From positions 33,728,001-33,792,000 of the forward strand of contig NC_073390.1 of NCBI RefSeq assembly GCF_028641065.1: DNA of 64,000 nucleotides, given 5' to 3'. Numbering within the stretch: position 1 is the first letter of the stretch; each line of letters begins with the position of its first letter. This DNA is from Leucoraja erinacea (taxonomy: Eukaryota). The notes beneath the pieces are model-generated. The model was given only the letters and a program-made list of their open reading frames with translations, was not told the DNA's origin and ran no database searches. Shown here one piece after another: positions 13,500-25,005 of this stretch. A program made the translations under genes and the position numbers.

Positions 13500-15300
13500 C
13501 ATAAATATTAATATAAGAATCGTGACAGCGCAAAATGTGGTGAATTGGGATGTGTATTTATTGTAAAGTATTCCCATTTTGGAAACAAACAAAGATTCTA
13601 AGATCGATAATGTAATGTGTTGCCCGAACTGTGCATGTAGCAGATTTTTCAACATTTATTTGATTTCCTCAAAATGTGGGCGAGCCAGTTGTAGTTTCTG
13701 GCAAAGGCGGGTTACTTGTACACATGGCAACGCTCGGGTAGGTTGTTATTACGGTTTCGGGGTTTATTCCGTTTTTAATTTCACCACTGATCCACTCACT
13801 CACGTTGAATGTATTGATTCATCGCGGGTATTTTTTTTTATTTTCCCTGGCGAAGATTTTCCTCCAAGTGCCAGATACGTTTGTGCCTGTGCGGAGGCGG
13901 CTGCACCGAGTTTGCATATAGACCGGCAATGATTGCAATGAATGGCATAAGCAGACTCACACGTTAAAGTGCCCAGTCCTTCTCTGAGGTTCCCTAGACT
14001 TCGACGCAGCCGACCAACCCGCCGTGTTACAGGTATGATGGCTTCCGACAGATCAGGGCGAATGCCAAGAGCAGCGCAGCGTGTCTGAAGCAAATAGATC
14101 TTAAAATGATTACCATCACCGGGACCTTTGTGCAAGATTTTGAGAGAACGGGCGAACTGTATCCCAAATCGAATCGTCCCGCATCATAAAACGGTAAATG
14201 GCATGGGACAGGATTGCTGAAAGGCGGATGGGATTATTCAGGTATGTATTACCCGAAAAATCACCTCCTGCCGAAAGGTCTCAGTTAAGAAACACGGGCA
14301 GGACAAATGTCACTACCTGGGGCAGGGCATTGACGAACTGGTATGCAGCTGAATAGTGTTCCCCAGAATTAACGAGAGAATGCTCCTGAATAGTTCGTTT
14401 GGACACGATACAAAACGGTTAAAGATTTGGGCGGATTGCTCGCTTCCCCGGGGTTGCTGGTACTCGATTGTTGCTGCTTCGTCCGTGGTCTGAGACACGG
14501 CGTTGGTGAGCAGCTGCTCGGAGCTAGCACTGGCCTTGGTGCTGAAAATGGCCATCATAGCTGCCTCGGGCTACAGTTTGATTTGCAAAAGCGTAGAATC
14601 CATTTTCGTGTGCATATGTTCCTGTCACCAGCAATATACAGCGCTCACGAAAGGACAATTTAATTGCGGAAATGGCCTCATATTCATGTTCACTTTAAAA
14701 CGTACCTGTCAGATCGAAAAAGCATCGAACGTGCTTCTCACCCATCTCAGTCTTATTTGATACAGAGGTTTATTTGATGAATTATCGGCATTTTGAGGGA
14801 TCATTCAAAATATGTTAGTTCAAAATGTACCGCTTGTTCCGATGTTTATTCCCAAAAGGCTGATTTTGTAAAGCAAATTGCGTAACAGAATATTTAAAAC
14901 AAATTAATCCATGCCAATCCATAAACAAATTGTAATGGATGCCGCGCTCATTACAATTTATAACATCAATGTTATGGCGTGAACCACTATATTATGGTGT
15001 ACTGGGCATGTGTAATTTATGGTCCTGTATTTATTGTATAAAATAGCCATTGTTTGAAAACATTTGAAAGTGACAATTTGCTGTCCAATACATTAGAATG
15101 CAACCCCTTCGCTTTACAGACAACGTGCCCCGATACATTCATGTAATGTAATTCCCGTCTGATATCCAGCCTTAAACCTGGTTGCAATGCAATCCGATTG
15201 CGTGCTCATTTTGACCTCACGACCGAGCGAGAAAACCAAGTGTCGATCAAGGGTTAAACGTGAAAATATGTTTCTTTAATGCAGAGCATTCCTTTCCGTT
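13500..15300 (+). promoter_or_regulatory. CpG-rich island, putative AMER3 promoter and non-coding first exon
   Basis: Visibly CpG-dense, non-repetitive segment in an otherwise CpG-poor window, 2-3.5 kb upstream of the AMER3 coding exon. Candidate splice donors CAG|GTATGA (14032/14033) and CAG|GTATGT (14241/14242). Boundaries approximate. Confidence 0.65.
14526..14546 (-). promoter_or_regulatory. REST/NRSF RE1 (NRSE) element
   Basis: Minus strand reads TTCAGCACCAAGGCCAGTGCT, which fits the RE1 consensus NTYAGMRCCNNRGMSAG at all positions and lies within the CpG island. Confidence 0.75.
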
Positions 15301-15359
15301 CGGCAATATTTATTTTTAATATTATTCTGTATAAGAAATTATTCTGTATAATTATTCTG

Positions 15360-15442
15360 TATAAGAAAGGACTGCAGATGCTGGTTTAAATCGAAGGTAG
15401 ACACAAAATGCTGGAGTAACTCAGCGGGTGAGGCAGCATCTA
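15360..15442 (-). mobile_element. Penelope-end fragment (single arm)
   Basis: GACTGCAGATGCTGGTTTAAATCGAAGGTAGACACAAAATGCTGGAGTAACTCAGCGGG matches the left arm at 1650-1730. Preceded by TATTCTGTATAA repeats. Confidence 0.7.
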
Positions 15443-17076
15443 TCTTTATTACTTGGTAATAAAGAGGAAGAATGTAAAGAATTAGAAAATGATAAACAGT
15501 GAAAAAAGACAAACTAAGACAAAAGACAAACTGCTTTTTTTTTGTTCTTTAATTTCAATTGAGCCTAATTTAATCCAATCTTAACAGTTGAAATACTTTT
15601 TCCACCATCTTAGTCAACATTACCACCAGGAAAAAGATGTCATTCCAGTTCCAGTGGACATCCTTCCTTTATGGAAGCAGTAGTTCATTAAAACAAAGCC
15701 CTGCTTTCCCAACCAGTCCCTTTTGCTATATTTTTCCATTTCTAGAATATGCCCATCATCCATGACAATGGTTATCCCTAACTGTCTCTGAATTGAGTAG
15801 CTTGCTGGTATTTCAGGGGGTAGTTAAGGTAGTTAAGAGGATGGTGAATGCCTAGAATGACATGTAGGCAGGACCAAATAAGGATGGTAGATTTCCTCTC
15901 TTGAAGAATTGAAGTGAACTGGATATTTGTTTACTACAAATGATTGCTGTATGATGAGCATAACTGAAAATAGCTAGCTTTAGTTTAAACCATTAGATGG
16001 ATTTAAATTCCCCAACCACCATGAAGGGATTCCAACTGAGGTCAATGGTTCAAGGTTCTAATGCGTCCAGTAAATTAGTCACTATACTACCCAATTTTGA
16101 TCTGTTTCTTTCTACGTTAATTAATATTTGGTTTTGCCAGTTCCATTGCTAGCAAACAGGCAATTATTTGCCAATTATTGTTCATAGTTATGCTTTTCTG
16201 TACACTTCTCTCCTAATAAAAACCCCTATAACCATCACATTGAACATTCTGCTCTTATCCTCTTGATCGCCTTGAGTGATGATGTCTGGGTCTTCATTAT
16301 CCCTGTGCTTCAATATTTTAATCATCCTTTGCATGAAGATTTATTAATTTCTCATCTCCCTTTCAATTTCTTTTGCAATTATTTAAAAATTATATCCTCT
16401 CATTATTATTTTGTGAACTAGTGAAACCAATGCCTTATTATTTATTCATGGCTCTTGATCACACTGAAGACATTATTCTGATTACTCTAAATTCCAAGGG
16501 TCTTTAAATCATAGATCCAGATAATGTTACATATCAACCACTTGCTTGAAATCTAGGCATTCTATATGGTTGATGTATAACAGCAATGATCATTGTACAG
16601 AAAAAAATATTTCTATTCAATCAATGCTAATATTTTTTTTATCTCAGTATTTTGGTGGTTTATTAAAGTTCAAAGTTCAAGTCCTAAATTTATTTTATTC
16701 TCAATTAACAATAACTTTACGTACACATTACAAAAATGCCCTTGACATATGTGCTATACTGTATTAGTCTGCATATGTCTGGGACATGAGTTAAATTTAT
16801 ATTATGAAATAGATTTCTTAATGAACATGCAGGTACAGCAGGCAGAGAAGAAAGCAAATGGCGTGTTGGCCTTTATAACAAGAGGAATCAAGTATAGGAG
16901 CAAATAGGTCCTTTAATTTTAGTGCTGAAGATAGAAATATATTTATTTTCTCACCTCCCTCTCAATTTGCTGATTGCAATGTCTGAATATGATAGGATGC
17001 CTAAATGTATATTTCCTAATGCAAGAGTGATGATTATGTCAGTATGTAAATGGGGATGAAAATGTATAAATAATGC

Positions 17077-17093
17077 TTTCCTCTCCCTTACAG
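17077..17093 (+). other. Splice acceptor of the AMER3 coding exon
   Basis: Polypyrimidine tract CTTTCCTCTCCCTTACAG ending at 17093, 20 nt before an ATG in strong Kozak context (ACAATGG). Confidence 0.7.
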
Positions 17094-17113
17094 AGAACAT
17101 ATAACGTATTACA

Positions 17114-20100
17114 ATGGATGCAAAAAGAACAAAAAACTTTCGGAAGTACAGCCTGCAACAAGCTGTTAAAAATGCAGAGACCTTCATTGATATTGACTTT
17201 GAGAGACGGTCACTCAATAAATATTCATTTACTGGTGGAGGAAGCTGCATTGATGAAAAAGTGAAGAAATTGTTTTTGAGAGCAGGGCAAGCTCGGAGCA
17301 TTACAAGTGCCTCTGCACAAGGAGACAAGGGGGATGATCGGCATGGACTTTGGAATGTGCAGAGGTCTGTACGAAAAAGCAAGACCCATGACTGTTTTCT
17401 ATCCATGGTGCAAGATGGTGATCATACTCAAGTGGATAAACCCCATGAAAGTAAGATGATAACATCAGATGAAAAACATAAAGATAGGATTATTAATGCT
17501 GTAAATTTCTCAGAAATTGCTGTGCCCACTGGGCCTTTTGTTATGAATAGATTGTGTGAAAGCAAGGCAAAAGCCCAATCGAAACATTCAGTAATTGACC
17601 TTCCAAGTCCTTCCTCACAATCACTTCCATCAATCACAAAATGCATAGCAAATAGACGACTTTCACTGAGAAAACCCAAAAGAGGATTCCGAGGCCTATT
17701 TACAATAAGAAGAAACAGGCAGGAAAAAGTACCTTTGAGAACAAAGGACAACAAAGCAGATTCCAAAATTTTCAGCAGTAAAGTGACATTAAGACCCAAC
17801 AAAAGTATATCCAGAAGTTCAAAGATTTTAACTCATGCTGGTGATTCTTTAGCACAATATTTTACTGACAGTGACCCTCCCTCAGACTCATCTTTTGAAT
17901 GTAGTAGCACACTCTGTGAGGATGTTGCTTCTCTGAAGAGCTTTGATTCCCTCACAGGTTGTGGGGAAATCTTTGCTGATGAGGAAACGACTGACCAGCT
18001 GGAGGCAGGTCACAATTTAAAAAATGCAACTGAAAAATGTGAAGACAAACAGGCTCCTTCAGGTGAATCTTTTCAAGGCGGAGGAGAACAACTTGCATCA
18101 CCGGGACAAACGGATGGCTTGGAGCTGAATGTATTTTGGAAAAATATAAGCAACTCTGACGAAGTACGTGAAACAGTTCAGGAACCCACCATCAATGAAG
18201 AACCCAAACACTCCTTGGGACTCAATGCTGAGGTTGAACAGTTAGCTCTTGCACCTTTAGAATTTCAAAACGTCACAGAGAAAGAAGACGTTGAGGAAGC
18301 TGAAAAAAATGTAGTTGCCTACGTGGAACTCGGAACACCACAGAGCGACCATCAGGAATCAACATCAACCAGTGACGAAGGATACTATGATTCATTTTCT
18401 CCAGGGCACGAAGAGGATGAAAGCAAACGTTCACAGAGTCCATGTGTAAATAGACAGTTTCCCAGAGACAGCTACAGTGGTGATGCCCTCTATGAACTTT
18501 TCTGTGATCCAGAGGAGCCCAGGATGAGTCCTATCTTAGATGAAGAAGGCTCCTCATTGCAAAACATTGTGGCTCAACCCCAAACTCCATTGTCTATGTA
18601 TAGTTTTTGTGTAGGAGCTGAAGAAAACATGGCTCCATCTCCTACTGTGGATATAAACTGTCACGAGTTCTTCCAAGGCAGTTGGAAAGGTAAAGAATGC
18701 TTATTAAAGCTGTGCGACACTGAACTTTCTTTGGCAATGGGACTAGTAAACTGGCTTAGGCAAAAGACAGAAGTAAATGAGTTTGGTTTGAACATTCAAA
18801 ATAACACTGAGAATCATGACCAAACAAGAACAGACATAATCAATTTAACAAATAGGTCTGCTGCCCATTCTGTTTCCCACATTGATGGAGTTCCAAAGGA
18901 GAGTGGGGTTAGCAATTTTGCCAAAGCCACATCAGTTATACAGAATGGAAAATTCGAAAATAAAATGAAACTTAATGATCAAAATGCAACATCCTCATTT
19001 GTTATATCAACGAACGATGTTCAATCATCCATTAACTTAATGTCCAGGGGCAATGATTCTGAGCCCTCAGAGAATAACCATCGCTCTGCAAACAAAGTTA
19101 TCCCTGTATTAACGAGAAATGTGCTATTGAAATCTCCCCCTCAAGGAGAGTTGAACGAGACATTGGAAACAGCACTAGAAAACACAACAACATTGGAGCC
19201 CATGATCATTGTGAAAATCAGTAAAACTATTCTTTGCCCAAAGTGTCGAAAATCAGTAGAGTCCAATCTTCCTGAAGTGATGCTGTGTTCTTCTTGCTTT
19301 TCAGTTGTTGGAAAACGCAGCATATCTGATGTATTGAGCACTTATGATAATAAAGATTGCCATTCAGGACCAAATAAGGATGATCAGTACAATTCCAGCA
19401 AACCAAGGCAACAGGATACAGACCATTATGTGTCTCAGCTGCTGGAGGACTGTATTAGAAATGTTGCATCCTTGAAAATCAATACTGGTGAGACTAGGCA
19501 GTTCGGTAAGGAAGCTACCATTGAGGACTGCCTATTTGAACTTGGTTTGCAAGCCGATCAACAACACAAAGAAAGAAAAAATATTGGACGATCTGAAAAC
19601 AATTTGAATCACAACGGAAGAACTCAGAAAACAAATGAAGCCACAAATAATTGTGCACAGGACAGTACCAGGAAGACAAAGGAAAATGTTTCTGCTTTAA
19701 GCCCTGGGTTTAATGGACTGGAATCAATTCAAAAAATTAAGATACCGGCAAGTTCAGATACGCATCAGCCTACATCCTTGATTAGAGAAGCCAAAGAGAA
19801 AGCTGTGTTAAGAAAATCAATGCAGTGCAGCAATAGTATTGTTTTAAACTCTGACGATGCATGGTCTCTCTCTCAGGATGCAGCTGATGAATTACAGTAT
19901 GAAATTATTTGTGATGGAAACACGAAAGCCACATGTCCTAAGAGGAAAGGGTGCAGCTCAAATGTCAGTGAAAGTGCTTTTACATCTTCTCGACCTTCCT
20001 GCTTGCCTCTTTCAAAATCTGTTTGCTCCAGTCTCCAAAGAGGTTCTCTCCAAGTAGAAAACCCCAAACGTTGTAAGAAATCTTTCTCTCATCATGGCGG

Positions 20101-20251
20101 TCTTTGTTTCACCTCATCTCCCAGCTCGTCTTCTCTTCAGCCAACCTCTAGAGACGAGGCACTTGCATCGCAGGGTATATGTGGCCACATCAGCACTCAA
20201 GAAGATGGCAATCACAAAGAAAGAGAGAAATCTGAGAAGATCAAACAATGA
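17114..20251 (+). CDS. AMER3: APC membrane recruitment protein 3 (WTX/AMER family), 1045 aa, single coding exon
   Basis: AMER-family blocks CEDVASLKSFDSLTGCGEIFADE, FQGGGEQLASP, STSDEGYYDSFSPG and PRDSYSGDALYELF. AMER3-type features as recalled from human AMER3: N-terminus MDAKRTKNFRKYSLQ, VRKSKTHD, RRLSLRKPKRGFRGLFTIRRN, VGAEENMAP and SWKGKECLLKLCDTELSLAMGLVNWLR. Confidence 0.95.
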   Translation: MDAKRTKNFRKYSLQQAVKNAETFIDIDFERRSLNKYSFTGGGSCIDEKVKKLFLRAGQARSITSASAQGDKGDDRHGLWNVQRSVRKSKTHDCFLSMVQDGDHTQVDKPHESKMITSDEKHKDRIINAVNFSEIAVPTGPFVMNRLCESKAKAQSKHSVIDLPSPSSQSLPSITKCIANRRLSLRKPKRGFRGLFTIRRNRQEKVPLRTKDNKADSKIFSSKVTLRPNKSISRSSKILTHAGDSLAQYFTDSDPPSDSSFECSSTLCEDVASLKSFDSLTGCGEIFADEETTDQLEAGHNLKNATEKCEDKQAPSGESFQGGGEQLASPGQTDGLELNVFWKNISNSDEVRETVQEPTINEEPKHSLGLNAEVEQLALAPLEFQNVTEKEDVEEAEKNVVAYVELGTPQSDHQESTSTSDEGYYDSFSPGHEEDESKRSQSPCVNRQFPRDSYSGDALYELFCDPEEPRMSPILDEEGSSLQNIVAQPQTPLSMYSFCVGAEENMAPSPTVDINCHEFFQGSWKGKECLLKLCDTELSLAMGLVNWLRQKTEVNEFGLNIQNNTENHDQTRTDIINLTNRSAAHSVSHIDGVPKESGVSNFAKATSVIQNGKFENKMKLNDQNATSSFVISTNDVQSSINLMSRGNDSEPSENNHRSANKVIPVLTRNVLLKSPPQGELNETLETALENTTTLEPMIIVKISKTILCPKCRKSVESNLPEVMLCSSCFSVVGKRSISDVLSTYDNKDCHSGPNKDDQYNSSKPRQQDTDHYVSQLLEDCIRNVASLKINTGETRQFGKEATIEDCLFELGLQADQQHKERKNIGRSENNLNHNGRTQKTNEATNNCAQDSTRKTKENVSALSPGFNGLESIQKIKIPASSDTHQPTSLIREAKEKAVLRKSMQCSNSIVLNSDDAWSLSQDAADELQYEIICDGNTKATCPKRKGCSSNVSESAFTSSRPSCLPLSKSVCSSLQRGSLQVENPKRCKKSFSHHGGLCFTSSPSSSSLQPTSRDEALASQGICGHISTQEDGNHKEREKSEKIKQ

Positions 20252-20920
20252 GTAAGTCATGTTGTATTCACTTGAAATGCTATTGGGAAAGTTATTGCCT
20301 ATACTTAATTCAAGCAAACAGCAATAAGAGCAAATGCAAGGCAGTGAGCAGAATATTAATGAGAGGCAGAATGAATGTAAAAGTAGCTTGTACAAATATG
20401 ATGTGCAATTTGTCTTGCCGTTTGATTCAAATTAATTTAAAAAGAACATGGAGTGTGATAAGAGGTTGACAATTAAGGTGTCAGTGATGTAATCTCAGGT
20501 CAGTGACTTGAGATAAGCAGTATGAAAATAACATAATTAAAATATATTTATTTAATTAAATAATCACCACCACCATTTGATCAGCTGATTTCAAATTCCT
20601 GGAATGAATTGGCGGTTTAAGTATGCATGTCCCACAGCAGGATTCTCCAGGTGCAAGGCTCTATATACTGCACACACATATTGCTTTTTGTGTTTTCTTG
20701 ATGGGCAACTTGCATTGAAGTGGAAGAATGTGCAGGATAACACTCGGGTATTCAGAGTTATTGTTTGCTTTAAATGTTCTCGTTTTTACTGGCCAATCTT
20801 TAGTATTACCCAGGGATAACAAGTGCAGAGAAGGTTGAATCTGCAATCTTCTGCTATGTATGTTTTTTTTTTGTTGTTGGAGGAAATAATTATCAAAATT
20901 AAACTTCAGGGGGAAGTTTA

Positions 20921-20926
20921 AATAAA
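20921..20926 (+). terminator. Candidate polyadenylation signal for AMER3 (another AATAAA at 21103-21108)
   Basis: AATAAA hexamers 0.7-0.9 kb downstream of the stop codon. Use is not shown. Confidence 0.3.
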
Positions 20927-21232
20927 AAGGTTATATTATGAAGACTCACAAATTCTGAGACAACTGGACCCCTATGTATGGAATCCAAGAGGAAACTGCA
21001 GCTTACACATATTTTACAGCACCTAAGCTGGGAAGTTTTTTTCACTGAGCCTTCTGCAGCTATCCCAACCAAGTCTGGTGAACTCCAGTAGAAGCAGCTA
21101 CCAATAAAGATACAGTGTCATTTCCTTTAATTGATTTAAGTGTATTTGGCTTTAGATGTTTCAGAGCAAATAGCAGTCATACTTGTTTGAATTGCTCTCA
21201 ACAATCTTAAAAATATTAAAACTATTTTTAAC

Positions 21233-21528
21233 AGACGGCACAGTGATGCAGCAGTAGAGCTACTGCCTTACAGCGCCAGAAACCCAGGTTCAATCCCGAT
21301 TACGGGTGCTGCCTGTACGGAGTTTGTACGTTCTCCCTGAATCCTCAAGGGATTTTTCCGGGTGCTTCAGTTTCCTCCCACATTCCAAAGACGAGTACGT
21401 TTATAGGTTAATTGGCATCTGTAAATTATCCCTAGTGTGTAAGATGGAACTAGTGCATGGGTGACCATTGTTTGGCATGGACTCAATGGGGCGAGGAGTC
21501 TGTTACCTCTAAAACTAAAACTAAAAAG
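21233..21528 (+). mobile_element. tRNA-derived SINE (HE1/V-SINE-like)
   Basis: A-box-like GTGATGCAGCAGTAG, B box GGTTCAATCC, core GGAGTTTGTACGTTCTCCC...GTTTCCTCCCACA, CR1-like 3' part and (CTAAAA)n tail. Confidence 0.85.
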
Positions 21529-23164
21529 ATATTCAAAAGTATCAATCTCTGTGACAGCTGTCACAACAGGTGAGTCTGAGGATGGACCTTAACCATCTTT
21601 CAAAACAATTAGTGGAGACGGTGTTGATCGGGGAGGCTCTGTGCTCTGCTGACCTTGCCAATCAGCTAGGAGCCACCTCCCCAGCAGAACATTGCATCTG
21701 GTGACATGCTTCAGGTTACAAAGACTCCAAGGGCAGGTGACTGCTGCGGCAAGGTTACTGACATGGTGTGCTGTCTAATGAGGGAAGACATATGCTAGAC
21801 CATGAGATCAGGGTATGTTTGACAAAAATGAAACATAATTACTGTATAAATATGAAAGGGCCAAAAGTCAAGGCAGCTATACATGATTTAAAACAATTCT
21901 AGTGTGGTTAGAAATATATTGTTTTATGCCAATAATATCTAATTACTGAATTTGAACCTGGTTCAGTTATCAATTATTGTTTCATTGTTTAATGATTCTA
22001 GATCACCAGCATTTTTAGATGATTTGTGTCCCAATAGACATTTTTTTCAATTGACATGTTTCAGACAAATGTTGAGAACTGCATGTTTAGTTAGCCACTT
22101 TACTGAAATGTTAAAATGCTTTATCCCCTGGGAAGCAAACTGCTGTACTGTCTAAGCAATAGGCAGGGGGTTACTCAAGAGATACTTAAATAAAGGATAT
22201 GAGGGTACTTTGCATGCTTTTAATCTCTACTGAGAAAATCATATAATCATTTGTTGCAGTAAGCTGTTTATTTTTACTCATTTCCTTTTTTACACTTAGA
22301 GCTAATGAATCACTTGGATTACACGGCTGGTTGTCATTGACAATTCTGCTATTTTTCCATAACTGATTATTGAGAGAAAAGTTGGGGTGTTCGTTTTTAC
22401 TTCGATCTGTTTTATATTGACAAGCTGGAGGGCTTTCACATCACAATTACGCTGCAGCATTGAATTCATTTCACAATATTGCCTTTGGGAAAGGAGCAAA
22501 TAAAGGGAAATTACACTATAGTGCTCGGGGTACGTTGTGCTTCAGTGCACCAGCTGTCATCCATTATCTGCCAAAATTTATGATTATCACTGTGCCACAC
22601 ACGTATATGACACTGATAATCCAAAGAGTGAGCTCTATACTATATCTTCTCAGTCATTCAGACAGCACAACAACAGTTTGAAATAGGGTCAAAGATGATG
22701 GGGATATGGGGGTTGAGGGTACAGTGGCAAACTTATTTTAAAACCCTTGGAGAAAATAACCTGAGAGTTGAACAGAATGACACTCACAGGGGGGAGATTT
22801 AGGGGGGAGGGGGGAGATTGAATATGGACCTCGTTGTCAGAAGGCAGTGAGCCTAAATAAGTGTATCACAACAAGGAGACATTCGCTTCAGAAAAGGTGG
22901 AGATTTGGCAAGGGCTGGCAGCCAGAAAAGGATTGGAAATTGATGGGGTGATGTGGTGAAGTGACTTGGATGCAAAGACAAAGATGTATTTTATTGCTGC
23001 ATTAGATTGGAAATTTATACAACAATAGATGTTAACAATTTCAGTCAAAATCCCATTACAGTTAATTTCTTATTTCATAAATATTGTGACACCTCTCATC
23101 AAACAGAAATGTATATTTTTAGAAATGTGTGCATATTATTATTAATGGTACAACAGTGTCAGTT

Positions 23165-23470
23165 GGATATCACAGTCATAAAATGATACAGCAAAGAAAC
23201 AAATTCTTCTGCCCACAAAATCTGCACAACCATCAAACACCTATCTGTGCTAATGCCTCACTGATCTCATTTTATTCTCCCCATCATGATTCCACCACTC
23301 ACCCACACACTCAGGGCAATTTATATTGGCCACTTAACCTACAAATCTGCACATCTACACGGATGTGGTGGAGTCCAGAGCATCGGGAAGAAACCCTAGT
23401 GATGATAGGGAGAATGTGCACATTCCACACTGACTGGGCAGAATTGAATCCAGGTTACTGGAGTTGCGAA
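23165..23470 (-). mobile_element. Old SINE of the same family
   Basis: Degenerate reverse-complement match (GGGCAATTTA..., GGGAGAATGTGCACATTCCACAC, GAATTGAATCCAGG). Confidence 0.55.
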
Positions 23471-24801
23471 CTATATGTAAGGACAGCCAACAGATACTTC
23501 CTCCTGTACTTTTCCCAACAACCAAGGATGCATCCCATCTGGAACAGGTAATTTGGCCCCTTTAAGTCTGGCTGGTCATTCCAGCACCTTATTTTCAGCT
23601 AATCCAGAATCTCAATTGATCTCAGAGTCCTCATGGAATCTGCCGAAAACCAATGTCTGAACAAATAGTAACAACAACTTGCACTTAATAAGTGCCTCTA
23701 ATGTAATGAAATATTCTCAGGCACTTAAAAAAGAAGTAGCTGCAAACAAATATTTGATGGAGCTTGTTACTGGAATACGAAAACATATGTAAAGGTAGAT
23801 TAAAGAGTGAGTCAAAATGGTTGGTTTTAAGGTGCATCTCACAGATAAAGAGAAAAATATAATGAGATAGAGAGGTATAAGATGAGAATTCCAGAACATG
23901 CATCGTAGTCAGCTGAAAGTCCAGATGGCAATGGCGAAGTGATAAAAACAGCTGAGTGCAGAGCCTATAATTGAGTGCAGAACTTTGTACAGTAGGTGGT
24001 ACGGCACGAGGAAAGAGAGTATTTATTTCTATCTCTTTCGGGAGTCTGAAGCTCAATTGGTCATGAGATGCATGTGCTATGCAGTGTTTCCTGATTACTT
24101 GCAAAAACCCAGCAGCAATATTTAAAAATACTTTTGCACTTATGTTTGTCTGATACAAAAGTATTAAAAGTAGAAAAGCCAAACGTGGCAGAAATGTCAA
24201 ATCTCTATTATTATTCTATAAATTATATAACTGGATGGTGCTTCTTTACATCATTTTTTTTTTTTTTTTTTGTAATCTACTAAAACAGTACTGTTGGTTT
24301 TTGTTTATTATTTTTTGTAATCTACTGAAACTAGTTTTCATTGGAGGTTTTTCACCATAAAATCAGATATTTTGTTTATATTTGTGCCCGAATTTGCCTG
24401 TTTGTTAGGAAAGTAGCAAGAGCCAATCATTATTGGATATAATTTATTGATTATTATTGATCATCACTTGTATTTTCAGGTGAAATGCCATGAAATGACC
24501 TTAAATTAGAAAATTTAAAGTATACTATAATTATTATAAAAATATGCTAAAACTGGACTTTTGTTTTTTTTCAGAGCTTTTATACTACTGAGTTCCTCAG
24601 GCAGTTCAATTTTTTTGCTCCAGATTCCAGCATCTGCAATCTTTATTTTATATTTTGTGTTTGCAATATACAATCACATTTCTGAATTTACCTTGCAAAT
24701 AAAACAGTACAAACCAAAATATAAAATAACGCAATGGAAAGGGACATGCTGTATCATACTCAGGAATACTCTTTCTTTGCAGGATGAAAGTGGCATTGAG
24801 T

Positions 24802-25005
24802 CACAAGAACTGTAGGTGCTGGAATCTTGAGCAAAACGCAAAGTACTAAACTATCTCAGCAGATCAGGCAGCATCTACAGAGAAAATAGGAATGGATAAG
24901 CAATGTTTCAGTCAGGACCCTTCCTAGCCCGAAATGCCATCAATCCATTCTCTCCAGAGATGTTTTCTGACCCACTGAGTTATTCCAGCACTTTGTGTTT
25001 TGCTC
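24802..25005. mobile_element. Palindromic Penelope-end mini-element (older)
   Basis: Inverted arms GAGCAAAACGCAAAGT.../...ACTTTGTGTTTTGCTC. 14-bp TSD AAGTGGCA(T/A)TGAGT (24788-24801, 25006-25019). Confidence 0.72.

Noticed and set aside
17428-20067. Short ORFs overlapping AMER3 in other frames or on the other strand
   Set aside because: Shadow ORFs with no recognisable motifs.
21233-21305. tRNA gene
   Set aside because: The A and B boxes belong to a SINE head; there is no full cloverleaf and the SINE body follows directly.
23685-24200. 171-aa minus-strand ORF
   Set aside because: Low-information translation with no motifs, in AT-rich and probably old repeat-derived DNA.
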